Shown one piece after another: positions 39,035-47,711 of a DNA stretch of 64,000 nucleotides. The DNA is taken from positions 88,574 through 152,573 of the forward strand of contig JANQRL010000029.1 in NCBI GenBank assembly GCA_028284605.1. The letters run 5' to 3'. Under the pieces are notes generated by a model. The model was not told the origin of the DNA, did not search any database, and saw nothing but the letters and a program-made list of their open reading frames with translations. Position numbers and translations under genes: made by a program. How positions within the stretch are numbered: position 1 is the stretch's first letter; each line of letters starts with the position of its first letter. Origin of the DNA: Paracoccaceae bacterium. GTDB taxonomy: Bacteria; Pseudomonadota; Alphaproteobacteria; Rhodobacterales; Rhodobacteraceae.

Positions 39035-40068
39035 GGCAGGCCCCTCGGAAAGGTTCGGGTGAGCGGCAGGCGCTCGCGTTTGCGTTGCAGTTCGAGATGG
39101 CCGAGCAGCGTCCAGCCGGCCAGGGCGGTCTCGACCGGGTCGGTCTTCAGCGCGGCGCGCAGGGCCGCCTCGACCTGACGGCGCTGGCCCTTGGGCATCG
39201 GCGCCATGTCCACGGTAACCTGCCCGCCGAGGCCGCGGAGCCGCAGTGCCCGGGGCAGCGCCTTGGCCGCGGCGAGGTTGGCCTTCAGCCCCGCCGCCGG
39301 GCTGGTATCGCCGCCGGTATCGACATCGACAGCGGTGAGCGCCCGGGTCGGCTCCACCGACATGGACCCGGCGCCGAGCGGTTCGACCGGGTCGAAGAGC
39401 GCCCCAATGTCTTCGAGTACACCCTGATCCTCTAAACAGCCCGGTTCGGTCGAGACCATCGCCGGCTCGGTCCAGTCGCGCCAGGCGAGCCCGTGGGGGC
39501 CGTCGCCCTCGGTCAATGCTTCCGGCGCCGCCCCCTCGGCATCGTTCTGAACCGCCCGCGCGAGGGCCGTCATCGCGGCGATGTCCTCGGCGATCTCATC
39601 CTCCTCCGCGTCGGCGGCGGCGGAGCGCAGGATCAGGCCGAACTCAGGGTCCGCCTCGGCCTCGGCGAGGGTCTTCAGGCGCACCCGCTCCTCCTCATCG
39701 CGGATCTGGCGGCTGACGTTCCAGCCCGGGGCGCCGGGGGTGACGATGGCGTAGCGGCTCTTGACGAGAAGCTTGGAGGTGACCGGCACCGCCTTGCCCG
39801 GCTCCGCGAAGCCGGTGACCTGCACCAGGACCGGCTGGCCGGGGGCGAGGCCCTTGCCCTGGCGCAGAAAGCCGGTGCCGTCCGGCAACCGCATCATCAT
39901 CCCGCCCTGCCCCTTCAGAGGCCGGTCGCAGATCGCGCGGAAGATGGCGCCGGGGCGCGGCAACTCGTCGGGGGTGTCGAGGAGCAGGTCCTCCAGCCGT
40001 CCATCGACGAGGAGCGCCGCCGCCTCGACCGCGCCGATATGGTCAAGCAGGATCTGCCGGCCCTTCAT
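39031..40068 (-). CDS. ribonuclease E/G family protein (short form)
   Basis: Frame of track ORF 39031..40446. Start at ATG 40068 ([12 protein letters not shown]...). Contains LTAVDVDTG and [16 protein letters not shown], similar to the RNase E/G catalytic core. ATGA overlap with yacG. Confidence 0.72.
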   Translation of the reverse strand: MKGRQILLDHIGAVEAAALLVDGRLEDLLLDTPDELPRPGAIFRAICDRPLKGQGGMMMRLPDGTGFLRQGKGLAPGQPVLVQVTGFAEPGKAVPVTSKLLVKSRYAIVTPGAPGWNVSRQIRDEEERVRLKTLAEAEADPEFGLILRSAAADAEEDEIAEDIAAMTALARAVQNDAEGAAPEALTEGDGPHGLAWRDWTEPAMVSTEPGCLEDQGVLEDIGALFDPVEPLGAGSMSVEPTRALTAVDVDTGGDTSPAAGLKANLAAAKALPRALRLRGLGGQVTVDMAPMPKGQRRQVEAALRAALKTDPVETALAGWTLLGHLELQRKRERLPLTRTFPRGLP

Positions 40069-40652
40069 GGCGTCCCCGGCAGGACGTAGCCCATGGCGCG
40101 GAGGAGCGCCGCGGTCTCGGCCAGGGGCAGGCCGACAATGGCGCTGTGGGAGCCGGAAATCCACGGAATGAACGAAGCGGCGGGCCCCTGGATCGCGTAG
40201 GCCCCGGCCTTGCCCTGCCAATCGCCGGTCGCGAGATAGGTGTCGATCTCGGCATCGCTCAGCCGCTTCATCCGCACCTGGCTTTCGACCTCCTTCTGCC
40301 GGATCTTGTCCCCGCGCCGCGCCGCGACCGCCGTGATCACGCGGTGCCGGCGCCCGGACATCAGCCGCAGAAAGGAAGCGGCCTCCTCCGCATCGGCGGG
40401 CTTGCCGAGAATGCGGCGGCCGACGGCGACGGTGGTGTCGGCACAAAGGACGATCTCGTCCTCGGCGGGGACCAGCGCCTCGGCCTTGGCCCGGGCGATC
40501 CGGCGGACATAGGCCCGGGGCAATTCGCCCTTCAGAGGCGTCTCATCCACCTCCGGCGGGCGCACCGCATGGGGCACGACCCCGATCTGGGCTAAGAGCT
40601 CCAGTCGCCGGGGCGAGCCGGAGCCGAGGATCAGATTCGGGACGTCAGACAT
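40065..40652 (-). CDS. maf: Maf family nucleoside-triphosphate pyrophosphatase
   Basis: Start at ATG 40652. Contains [20 protein letters not shown] and AGAYAIQG motifs. Confidence 0.88.
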   Translation of the reverse strand: MSDVPNLILGSGSPRRLELLAQIGVVPHAVRPPEVDETPLKGELPRAYVRRIARAKAEALVPAEDEIVLCADTTVAVGRRILGKPADAEEAASFLRLMSGRRHRVITAVAARRGDKIRQKEVESQVRMKRLSDAEIDTYLATGDWQGKAGAYAIQGPAASFIPWISGSHSAIVGLPLAETAALLRAMGYVLPGTP

Positions 40653-40735
40653 ATATGCCTGGCCTGCCGCCGGGTGACGGCCCGCGCCCAACCTGGGGCA
40701 AGCCGCTCCGCCACACGAGGCGCGTCACGCGCGCC

Positions 40736-40954
40736 CTACTTGAAGCGATAGTTGATCCGACCTTTCGTCAGATCATAGGGGGTCATCTCGACCTGCACCT
40801 TGTCGCCGGCAAGAACACGGATGCGGTTCTTGCGCATCTTTCCTGCCGTATGTGCGATGATCTCATGGCCGTTTTCCAGCTCGACCCTGAATGTCGCATT
40901 CGGCAGGAGTTCCTTCACGACACCGGGAAATTCGAGCAGTTCTTCCTTGGCCAT
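40736..40954 (-). CDS. infA: translation initiation factor IF-1
   Basis: 72 aa. [72 protein letters not shown]. Confidence 0.96.
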   Translation of the reverse strand: MAKEELLEFPGVVKELLPNATFRVELENGHEIIAHTAGKMRKNRIRVLAGDKVQVEMTPYDLTKGRINYRFK

Positions 40955-41030
40955 GGGGTCTCCATCCTGGGCGCCCGCCCGAACTGGCGGACGGCGGTTA
41001 AATGCGCGCCCCGGCGGCGGTTTTCAAGGG

Positions 41031-41918
41031 TTATTTGCCGATCGGCAGGATTGTGACCGGGGCGTCGCGCCAGCCCTGGCGCGGCCAGTCGGCGAAGGTT
41101 TCGACATCGCCACCGGTCCGGGTGGCCAGGATATCGGCCGGATCGAGGGCGAGGCGGACCCAGCGCGGATCGTCCGGGCGGCCCTCCGCATGGATGCCGT
41201 CCTCGGGCTGGCGGACGTCCGACGGGCCGAAGAAGCCGACCCGCCCGACATTCTCATAGACCGGGTCGCAGCCCTCGACCTCGCCCATCAGCGGGGCGTG
41301 GACGGCAAGGCACTGGTTCTCCAGCGCCCGGGCCCTTGCCGCCACGCGGACCCGGGTCTGGCCGGCAGCCGTGTCGGTGCAGGAGGGGATCAGCAGCATC
41401 TCCGCCCCCGCCGCGGCGAGGGACCGGGCATAGAGCGGGAATTCGGCGTCATAGCAGATCAGCACGCCGATCTTGCCGAGCGTCGTGTCGAAGAGGGTCA
41501 GCCCCGCGCCGCCCTCGATCTCCATCACATTCCGCTCGTGCGGCGTCGGGATCATCTTGTCCTGATGGGCGGTCTCGCCGTTCGGCGCGCAGAGCACGGC
41601 GCGGTTCAGGAGCCGTCCGTTTTCCCGGACCGGCCCGCTGCCGGCGAGGATATAGGCGCCGAATTCCTGTGCCGCGTCGGAGAGGAGGCCGATCCAGTCG
41701 TCATGCGCCTCCGCCCCGCGCGCGGCCCAGACGCCCGGGTCCGGGTCGCCTTCGGGCTGGCCGATCAGCGCGGCCTCCATCGCGGCGTATTCGGGGAAGA
41801 CGATCAGGCTGCAATCGGCATCGTCCACCCGTTTCCGGATATGCTCCCGCAGGGCGCCGAGATCGGGATGCCAGCGCGGCGCATGGCCGCCGGCGGCGAT
41901 GGAGATCAGCCGGGTCAC
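41031..41918 (-). CDS. carbon-nitrogen hydrolase family protein
   Basis: 295 aa. Nitrilase-superfamily Glu/Lys/Cys pattern (FPEYA ... IGVLICYDAEFP). Confidence 0.83.
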   Translation of the reverse strand: MTRLISIAAGGHAPRWHPDLGALREHIRKRVDDADCSLIVFPEYAAMEAALIGQPEGDPDPGVWAARGAEAHDDWIGLLSDAAQEFGAYILAGSGPVRENGRLLNRAVLCAPNGETAHQDKMIPTPHERNVMEIEGGAGLTLFDTTLGKIGVLICYDAEFPLYARSLAAAGAEMLLIPSCTDTAAGQTRVRVAARARALENQCLAVHAPLMGEVEGCDPVYENVGRVGFFGPSDVRQPEDGIHAEGRPDDPRWVRLALDPADILATRTGGDVETFADWPRQGWRDAPVTILPIGK

Positions 41919-42520
41919 AGCGCGCGCATCCAGATTTGCAGCGGTTTCCCGGTCTCGCCGTCCTCGCCCAGGTCCGTCCAGGCGAAGGTCGCGACCGCGC
42001 CCTCGACCGGCCCGTAGCCCCGCGCCCGCCAGAACGGATCGAGCGGGCGAGTGGCGGCGGGCCGGGCGGGGTGGTCCTCGGGCCGGATCACGGCGCAGAA
42101 GACGGCGTGGCTGCGGCCCAGCGCCCGGGCGTGGTCCTCCCTGAGATCGAAGAAGCGGTGCCCCACTCCTCGCCCGCGATAGTCGGGCAGCAGCACCGAC
42201 TCGGCGCAGTAGAAGATGTCGGTGAGCGGCAGGCCGAGGCGCGCCAGCGGGGCGGCGAAATCCTCCGCATGGTCCTCCATCGGCGTGCCGGTGGCGGCGC
42301 CGACGAGGCGGTCGCCGTCGAAGGCGCCGACCAGGATCGCGCCGGCGCTGTCGCGGTAGCTTTGCAGGTAGCGGTGCTCATAGTCGAAATCGCCGTCATA
42401 GAGGTAGGGCCAGTCGCGGAACACCCGCATCCGCAGCCGCGCCAGATCGGGCAGCACCCGGTCGAGATCGGCCCCCGTGAGTGGCCGGATATCGAGCGTC
42501 ATCTGGTCGCTTTGTGCCAT
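41915..42520 (-). CDS. GNAT family N-acetyltransferase
   Basis: 201 aa. Acetyl-CoA loop LLPDYRGRGVGHRFF. ATGA overlap with the CN-hydrolase gene. Confidence 0.75.
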   Translation of the reverse strand: MAQSDQMTLDIRPLTGADLDRVLPDLARLRMRVFRDWPYLYDGDFDYEHRYLQSYRDSAGAILVGAFDGDRLVGAATGTPMEDHAEDFAAPLARLGLPLTDIFYCAESVLLPDYRGRGVGHRFFDLREDHARALGRSHAVFCAVIRPEDHPARPAATRPLDPFWRARGYGPVEGAVATFAWTDLGEDGETGKPLQIWMRAL

Positions 42521-42584
42521 CTCTGCCGGGTCCTATCTTGCGCCAAGACCCTGTCATTCTTTGCCGGCCGAGGCCAAGCCCCTG

Positions 42585-43091
42585 ATGCGGAAGATTACAC
42601 TGACGAGCCACTTTCCCGCCCCGATCGAAAAGGTCTGGGGATTGCTGCAACGCTCCGACACTTTGGTCCATGTCGCGGCACCGCTCCTGACCTTCCGTCA
42701 CCTGACCGGCCCTTTCCCTGAGATCTGGGTGGACGGACATCACGAGGTGAAGCTGCGCTTCCTGGGGTTCGTTCCCCTCGGGCGCCAAAGCATCGATATC
42801 CGCATCGAGCAGCAACCGAACGACGTGTATACGATCCTGGATGCCGGGAGCGGCCGGATCGCGAAGGTCTGGGACCACCTGATCACCATCGCACCCGAGG
42901 GCGATGGCACCCGCTACACCGATGAGGTGACCATAGACGCGGGCCTGTTGACCCTGCCGGTGACGCTCTTCGCGCGGGTCTTTTACGGCCATCGGCAGCG
43001 GCGCTGGCGCGAACTGCTTGCCCGGAGCAAGGCCGGTGGCCACCCCCGATCCGGGTTCAGGGCGGGGGGACGGCCCGTCGACGGGCCGTGA
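42585..43091 (+). CDS. SRPBCC (START/polyketide-cyclase-like) family protein
   Basis: Frame of track ORF 42477..43091. Start at ATG 42585. MRKITLTSHFPAPIEKVWGLLQRSD is a typical SRPBCC opening. Confidence 0.6.
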   Translation: MRKITLTSHFPAPIEKVWGLLQRSDTLVHVAAPLLTFRHLTGPFPEIWVDGHHEVKLRFLGFVPLGRQSIDIRIEQQPNDVYTILDAGSGRIAKVWDHLITIAPEGDGTRYTDEVTIDAGLLTLPVTLFARVFYGHRQRRWRELLARSKAGGHPRSGFRAGGRPVDGP

Positions 43092-43093
43092 CT

Positions 43094-43162
43094 ACGCGCT
43101 TGCGCAAGCGCGTCCCACGCCGCGTCGACGCGGCGCTTCCTCAAGGCGCGTCGACGCGCCTT
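43094..43162. repeat. three consecutive perfect palindromes in a convergent spacer (possible bidirectional terminator)
   Basis: ACGCGCTTGCGCAAGCGCGT (43094-43113), GCCGCGTCGACGCGGC (43119-43134), AAGGCGCGTCGACGCGCCTT (43143-43162). Each equals its own reverse complement. No U-tracts follow. Confidence 0.85.
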
Positions 43163-43203
43163 CCCCCGGTCGGCGCCGGCGGTCCGGGTAAGGCCGCGGG
43201 CGC

Positions 43204-43653
43204 CTAGCGCAGGATCGGTTCCAGCGGGTCGTAGACCGCGCCAGGCGTCTCGTCCCAGGCGATCGCGGCGAGGGTGTCGGGCTTGACCGACAGGGCGGCG
43301 ATCGCCTCGCGGCTGACCCAGCGGCGGTGGCTGACGATCCCCTCGGGATCGGTCCAGGTCTCCGGCAGGTCGGCGGCACCGACGACAGCGCAGCGGAAAT
43401 AGATGTCGATCTGGTGGAACGGGCCGTCCGGATCGTGGAATTCGTTGACCAGGCAGGGCGCACCGACAGCGATCTCGAGGCCGGTCTCCTCGCGGACCTC
43501 GCGGCGCAGGTTGTCGGGCAGGGAGGCATGCGGCTCGACGCCGCCGCCCGGAGCGCACCAGAGATGGGTCCTGCCCTTCCAGGCATTGACCAGGAGCAGG
43601 GCTTCGTCCCGGACGATCACGGCGCGGACGGCGAGGCGGACGGGGCGGGACAT
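43204..43653 (-). CDS. NUDIX hydrolase
   Basis: Start at ATG 43653. Nudix box GGGVEPHASLPDNLRREVREETGLE. Confidence 0.86.
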   Translation of the reverse strand: MSRPVRLAVRAVIVRDEALLLVNAWKGRTHLWCAPGGGVEPHASLPDNLRREVREETGLEIAVGAPCLVNEFHDPDGPFHQIDIYFRCAVVGAADLPETWTDPEGIVSHRRWVSREAIAALSVKPDTLAAIAWDETPGAVYDPLEPILR

Positions 43654-43742
43654 GGGCCGGACCCTGCCAAGCGACGCAAGGTCACGCAAGCGCGCGCGCC
43701 GCTTGACCTTCACGTCACCCGGAAAACGCCTAGGTTGATGCG

Positions 43743-44501
43743 ATGTCGCGCACGATCCTCGCCCTGACGGCCGTTCTGGCCCTGACCGTCGCCCTGATCT
43801 TGCCGCGGCCCTTCGCCCAGGCCGAGCAGAGCGACGAATGCGTCGTGCTGCTGCACGGGCTGGCGCGGACCGATGCCTCTTTCCTTGCCATGGAGGAGGT
43901 GCTGTCGGCGCAAGGCTATCACGTCGTCAATACCGGCTACCCCTCCACCAGCGCCTCGATCGAGGAGCTTGTCGGCGTCGCCCTGCCGCGCGATGTCGCG
44001 GCCTGCGGCGGCCGGCTGGTGCATTTCGTCACCCATTCGATGGGCGGCATCCTCGCCCGGGCCTGGCTCAGCACCGACCGGCCGGAGCGGATGGGGCGCG
44101 TGGTCCTGCTGGCGCCGCCGAACCAGGGCTCGGAACTGGTCGATGTGTTCGGCGAGTTCGAGCCTTTCGAGTGGATCAACGGCCCCGCCGGGCTGCAGCT
44201 CGGCACCGCGCCCGACAGCCTGCCCAACCGCCTCGACCTGCCGACCTACGAGGTCGGCATCGTCGCCGGGCACCGCTCGCTCAACCCCTATTACAGCAGC
44301 CTCATCGAGGGGCCGGATGACGGCAAGGTCTCGGTCGCCTCGACCCGGCTGCTCGGGGCGACCGACCATATCAGCCTGCCCGTCACCCACACCTTCATGA
44401 TGAACAATCCCCTGGTGATGGCCGAGGTGATCCACTTTCTGCACAACGGCCGCTTCGATCACGACCTGACGCTCACCGATGTCCTTCTGGGGGACGACTA
44501 G
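43743..44501 (+). CDS. alpha/beta-fold hydrolase (esterase/lipase-like), secreted
   Basis: 252 aa. Signal peptide [27 protein letters not shown]. Nucleophile elbow FVTHSMGG. Confidence 0.8.
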   Translation: MSRTILALTAVLALTVALILPRPFAQAEQSDECVVLLHGLARTDASFLAMEEVLSAQGYHVVNTGYPSTSASIEELVGVALPRDVAACGGRLVHFVTHSMGGILARAWLSTDRPERMGRVVLLAPPNQGSELVDVFGEFEPFEWINGPAGLQLGTAPDSLPNRLDLPTYEVGIVAGHRSLNPYYSSLIEGPDDGKVSVASTRLLGATDHISLPVTHTFMMNNPLVMAEVIHFLHNGRFDHDLTLTDVLLGDD

Positions 44502-45565
44502 CGCCGGGGTGAGAGCCGGTTGACATGGCCCATCTTGCGCCCGGGCCGGACCTCTTCCTTGCCGTAGAGATGCAGCGCCGCGCCCTCGGCGGCGAGAGCC
44601 GGGACCCGGGCGATGTCCGCGCCGATCAGGTTCTCCATCGCCACATCCGCATGGCGTTTGCCGTCCCCGAGCGGCCAGCCCGCGATGGCGCGGATATGCT
44701 GCTCGAACTGGTCGATGACGCAGCCCTGCTGGGTCCAGTGCCCGGAATTATGCACACGCGGGGCGAATTCGTTGACGAGGAGGCCCTCGGCCGCGACGAA
44801 GAGCTCGACACCGATCACGCCCACATAATCGAGCGCCGAGAGGAGCCGCGCGGCGATCAGCACCGCGTCGCTGCGATGGGCCGGGCTGAGCCGGGCGGGG
44901 ACGGTCGTGCGGCGCAGGATGCCGTCCTCATGGACGTTCTCGCCCGGATCGTAGCAGGCGACCGAGCCGTCGAGCCCGCGCGCGCCGATCACCGAGACCT
45001 CGCGCTCGAACGCGACCTGACCCTCGAGGATCGCGGGGGCCCCGGCAAGCGCCTCGAACGCCGCCGGGGCGGCGTCAACCGAGGCGACCCGCGCCTGACC
45101 CTTGCCGTCATAGCCGAAGCGGCGGGTCTTCAGGATCGCCGGCGCGCCGGTAAGGGCCAGCGCCGTGTCAAGATCGGCGGGGCCGTCCACCGCGGCATAG
45201 GGGGCCGTGGCAAGCCCGATCTCGCGCAGAAAGTCCTTCTCCGCCAGCCGGTCCTGGCTCACCGCGAGGGCGCGGCGGTTCGGGCGGATCGGGCGGTGCT
45301 GTTCGAGCAGATCGAGTGCGGCGGTGGGGACGTTCTCGAACTCGTATGTGATCACATCCACCGACGCGGCGAAGGCGGTGAGCGCCTCCGCGTCCTCGTA
45401 AGGCGCGGTGGTCAGCCGCCAGGCGACATCGCCCGCGGGCGCGGCGCCTGGCTCGAAGATGTGGCAGCGAAATCCGAGCCGTGCCGCGGCCAGGGCCAGC
45501 ATCCGGCCGAGCTGGCCGCCGCCGAGGATGCCGATCACCGCGCCGGGCGCGAGGGGCTCAGTCAT
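44498..45565 (-). CDS. purK: 5-(carboxyamino)imidazole ribonucleotide synthase
   Basis: Start at ATG 45565. Contains [13 protein letters not shown] and an ATP-grasp domain ([14 protein letters not shown]). 8-nt overlap with purE. Confidence 0.92.
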   Translation of the reverse strand: MTEPLAPGAVIGILGGGQLGRMLALAAARLGFRCHIFEPGAAPAGDVAWRLTTAPYEDAEALTAFAASVDVITYEFENVPTAALDLLEQHRPIRPNRRALAVSQDRLAEKDFLREIGLATAPYAAVDGPADLDTALALTGAPAILKTRRFGYDGKGQARVASVDAAPAAFEALAGAPAILEGQVAFEREVSVIGARGLDGSVACYDPGENVHEDGILRRTTVPARLSPAHRSDAVLIAARLLSALDYVGVIGVELFVAAEGLLVNEFAPRVHNSGHWTQQGCVIDQFEQHIRAIAGWPLGDGKRHADVAMENLIGADIARVPALAAEGAALHLYGKEEVRPGRKMGHVNRLSPRR

Positions 45566-46046
45566 CTTGCGGCGTCTCGGCCACGGAGGCGGAGAGATCC
45601 GCGCGCCAGGTATCGAGCCGGGCGGCCAGATCGGGGTCCGAGAGTGCCAGAATGCCCGCCGCCATGAGCCCGGCATTCACCGCGCCGGCCGCGCCGATGG
45701 CCATGGTGGCGACCGGATAGCCGCGCGGCATCTGCACGATGGAATAGAGCGAATCCTGACCGCCGAGCGCCTTCGTTTCCACCGGAACGCCGATCACCGG
45801 CACGCGGGTTTTCGACGCCATCATGCCGGGGAGATGGGCCGCCCCGCCGGCGCCGGCGATGATCGCCTTGAGCCCGCGCCCCGCGGCCTCTTCACCGTAG
45901 CGCCAGAGCCGGTCCGGGGTCCGGTGGGCGGAGACGATCCGCACCTCATGGGCCACACCGAGCGTGTCGAGCACCTCCGCCGCGCCGCGCATGGTCGGCC
46001 AGTCGGACTGGCTGCCCATGATGATCCCGACCTGAACCTCGCCCAT
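45558..46046 (-). CDS. purE: 5-(carboxyamino)imidazole ribonucleotide mutase
   Basis: Start at ATG 46046. Contains [19 protein letters not shown] and [11 protein letters not shown]. Confidence 0.92.
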   Translation of the reverse strand: MGEVQVGIIMGSQSDWPTMRGAAEVLDTLGVAHEVRIVSAHRTPDRLWRYGEEAAGRGLKAIIAGAGGAAHLPGMMASKTRVPVIGVPVETKALGGQDSLYSIVQMPRGYPVATMAIGAAGAVNAGLMAAGILALSDPDLAARLDTWRADLSASVAETPQDD

Positions 46047-46107
46047 TCCCGCCTCGCGCCCCAAGGAAAGCGGCACTATAGCCGGGGCCGGCCCATGCGC
46101 AATCCGG

Positions 46108-46326
46108 TCAGGCGATGATGTCGGGGGTCAGGCGATCCTCGATCCGGGCGATCTTGTCCTTGAGCGCCAGCTTCTGCTTCTTCAGCCGCTTGAGGGTGAG
46201 CATGTCGGAGGTGTTGCGCTCCTGAAGCGCGCCGATGGCTTCGTCGAGATCGCGATGCTCGCGGCGCAGCACTTCAAGCTCCACGCGCAGGACCTCCTCC
46301 TCGCTCATCTGCGCCGATGTGGTCAT
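46108..46326 (-). CDS. YdcH/DUF465 family protein
   Basis: Start at ATG 46326. Contains [34 protein letters not shown] and a C-terminal TPDIIA. Confidence 0.75.
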   Translation of the reverse strand: MTTSAQMSEEEVLRVELEVLRREHRDLDEAIGALQERNTSDMLTLKRLKKQKLALKDKIARIEDRLTPDIIA

Positions 46327-46401
46327 GGTGCTCCCGGTCCTGGCCGCCTCCGAAGGCCCCATATCTTAGCGTCCAAGCGGTGCCCGGGCAAAGCCCAAGC
46401 C

Positions 46402-46430
46402 CTTGCGCCCCCGCCGCGCGGCCCCCATAT
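46402..46430 (+). promoter_or_regulatory. candidate RpoH (sigma32)-type promoter of hsp20
   Basis: CTTGCGC (46402-46408), a 14-nt spacer, then CCCCATAT (46423-46430). Compare the heat-shock consensus CTTGAAA-N13-15-CCCCATNT. It sits ~70 nt upstream of the hsp20 ATG. Confidence 0.45.
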
Positions 46431-46473
46431 TTCTTGCGTGGCCGCTGCATGGGCGGGGCCGCAGAGACGCAGT

Positions 46474-46502
46474 GTCGCTTGACGATGAGGACATGCCGCA
46501 TG
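46474..46502 (+). promoter_or_regulatory. candidate ROSE-like RNA thermometer hairpin occluding the hsp20 SD
   Basis: GUCGCUU (46474-46480) pairs with the SD GAGGAC (46487-46492), leaving one bulged G opposite the SD. It contains the UYGCU anti-SD motif. ATG 46500 lies 7 nt after the SD. Confidence 0.4.
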
Positions 46503-46913
46503 ACCAAACTGACGCTTGGAACCCATCCGTTCCTGCTCGGCTTCGAGCAGTTGGAGAGGTTGGTGGAACGCACCGCGAAATCCGGCAATGACGGCTACCC
46601 GCCCTACAATATCGAGCAGACCTCGGAGACCTCCTACCGGATCACCCTGGCGCTCGCCGGGTTCGCGGAGAGCGATCTGTCGATCACCGTGGAGGACCAG
46701 AGCCTGGTGATCCGCGGCAAGCAGGCCGATGACAGCGAGGGCCGGGTGTTTCTGCATCGCGGCATCGCGGCGCGGCAGTTTCAGCGCAGCTTCGTGCTTG
46801 CCGAAGGGGTCGAGGTCGGCGAGGCGGTGATGGAAAACGGTCTGCTGCATGTCGATCTGCGGCGCCATGTGCCCGAGAGCGTGGTGCAGGAAATCAAGAT
46901 ACGGAGGAGCTGA
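46500..46913 (+). CDS. ibpA: Hsp20/IbpA family small heat-shock protein
   Basis: Frame of track ORF 46317..46913. Start at ATG 46500. Contains GYPPYNIEQTSETSYRITLALAGF and an alpha-crystallin domain. Confidence 0.9.
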   Translation: MTKLTLGTHPFLLGFEQLERLVERTAKSGNDGYPPYNIEQTSETSYRITLALAGFAESDLSITVEDQSLVIRGKQADDSEGRVFLHRGIAARQFQRSFVLAEGVEVGEAVMENGLLHVDLRRHVPESVVQEIKIRRS

Positions 46914-46915
46914 GC

Positions 46916-47140
46916 ATGAATACGAAGTTCGATCTGAGCGCCTTTGGCGATCGGGTGGTCTATGTCAAACCCGTAGCCGTGGCCGACCTGCCGGCGGATA
47001 TCCGGGCCCAGGCGGGCGATCTCGAAGAACTCTTCGCCGTCCACAATGCCGAGGGCGAGCAACTGGCGCTTGTCGCCGACCGGGATCTGGCGTTTCACCT
47101 GGCGCGTCAGCACGACATGTCGCCGGTAACGGTGCACTGA
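46916..47140 (+). CDS. DUF1150 family protein
   Basis: 74 aa. VVYVKPVAVADL...LFAVHNAEGEQLALVADRDLAFHLARQHDMSPVTVH. This family is typically found just downstream of hsp20 genes. Confidence 0.8.
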   Translation: MNTKFDLSAFGDRVVYVKPVAVADLPADIRAQAGDLEELFAVHNAEGEQLALVADRDLAFHLARQHDMSPVTVH

Positions 47141-47174
47141 CCCGGCTGCGGACCGAGGACCGGCTCTCGGGCGT

Positions 47175-47627
47175 TCAGAAACTCCTCCGGGTCAGCTCGA
47201 TATCGAACACCGGGTTGGCCACGACCCGCGCCTCTGTCCGACGGCACTGCGCCTCGCGGCCCAGCGGGATGGTGTTTGTCCGGTAGTTCGGAGCCCAGGC
47301 GAAACTCCGCAGAATCGTCTGCCCGTTCAACGTCAGCTTGTGCGCCTGAATCGCCCGGCGGTCGTCGTTGGTCCGAACTCCGGTCGTGGCCGCGCAGACC
47401 GCATAGAAACCGTCGTATACCCCAACATTGAGGTAGACCGTTATCTCTCGGCGCCCACCTTGCCACCGGCTCGTGAAGGGCGCGAAATCCGGGGAAACGA
47501 GAATCGGAGCGATGGTCTCGCCCGACTGAGGTAGGACCGCCGAAGCGGACAGAGCGATCGCGGCGAATGCCGCGGCGCCAATCCTGCCGCAGGAGGCGAG
47601 AAACCTGCTGTTGAAAACCATGCCCAT
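47175..47627 (-). CDS. hypothetical secreted protein (orphan)
   Basis: Frame of track ORF 47175..47687. Start at ATG 47627 or 47621. Signal-like FLASCGRIGAAAFAAIALSASAV. The region is visibly more A/T-rich than its neighbours. No family recognised. Confidence 0.5.
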   Translation of the reverse strand: MGMVFNSRFLASCGRIGAAAFAAIALSASAVLPQSGETIAPILVSPDFAPFTSRWQGGRREITVYLNVGVYDGFYAVCAATTGVRTNDDRRAIQAHKLTLNGQTILRSFAWAPNYRTNTIPLGREAQCRRTEARVVANPVFDIELTRRSF

Positions 47628-47711
47628 TCCCGACTGAGATGCTGAACTCGACACCAGGTTGTCACGCTGGCCGCCATCCATCAACAACTCAAGGGCGAAG
47701 CCGCCGCGGCG

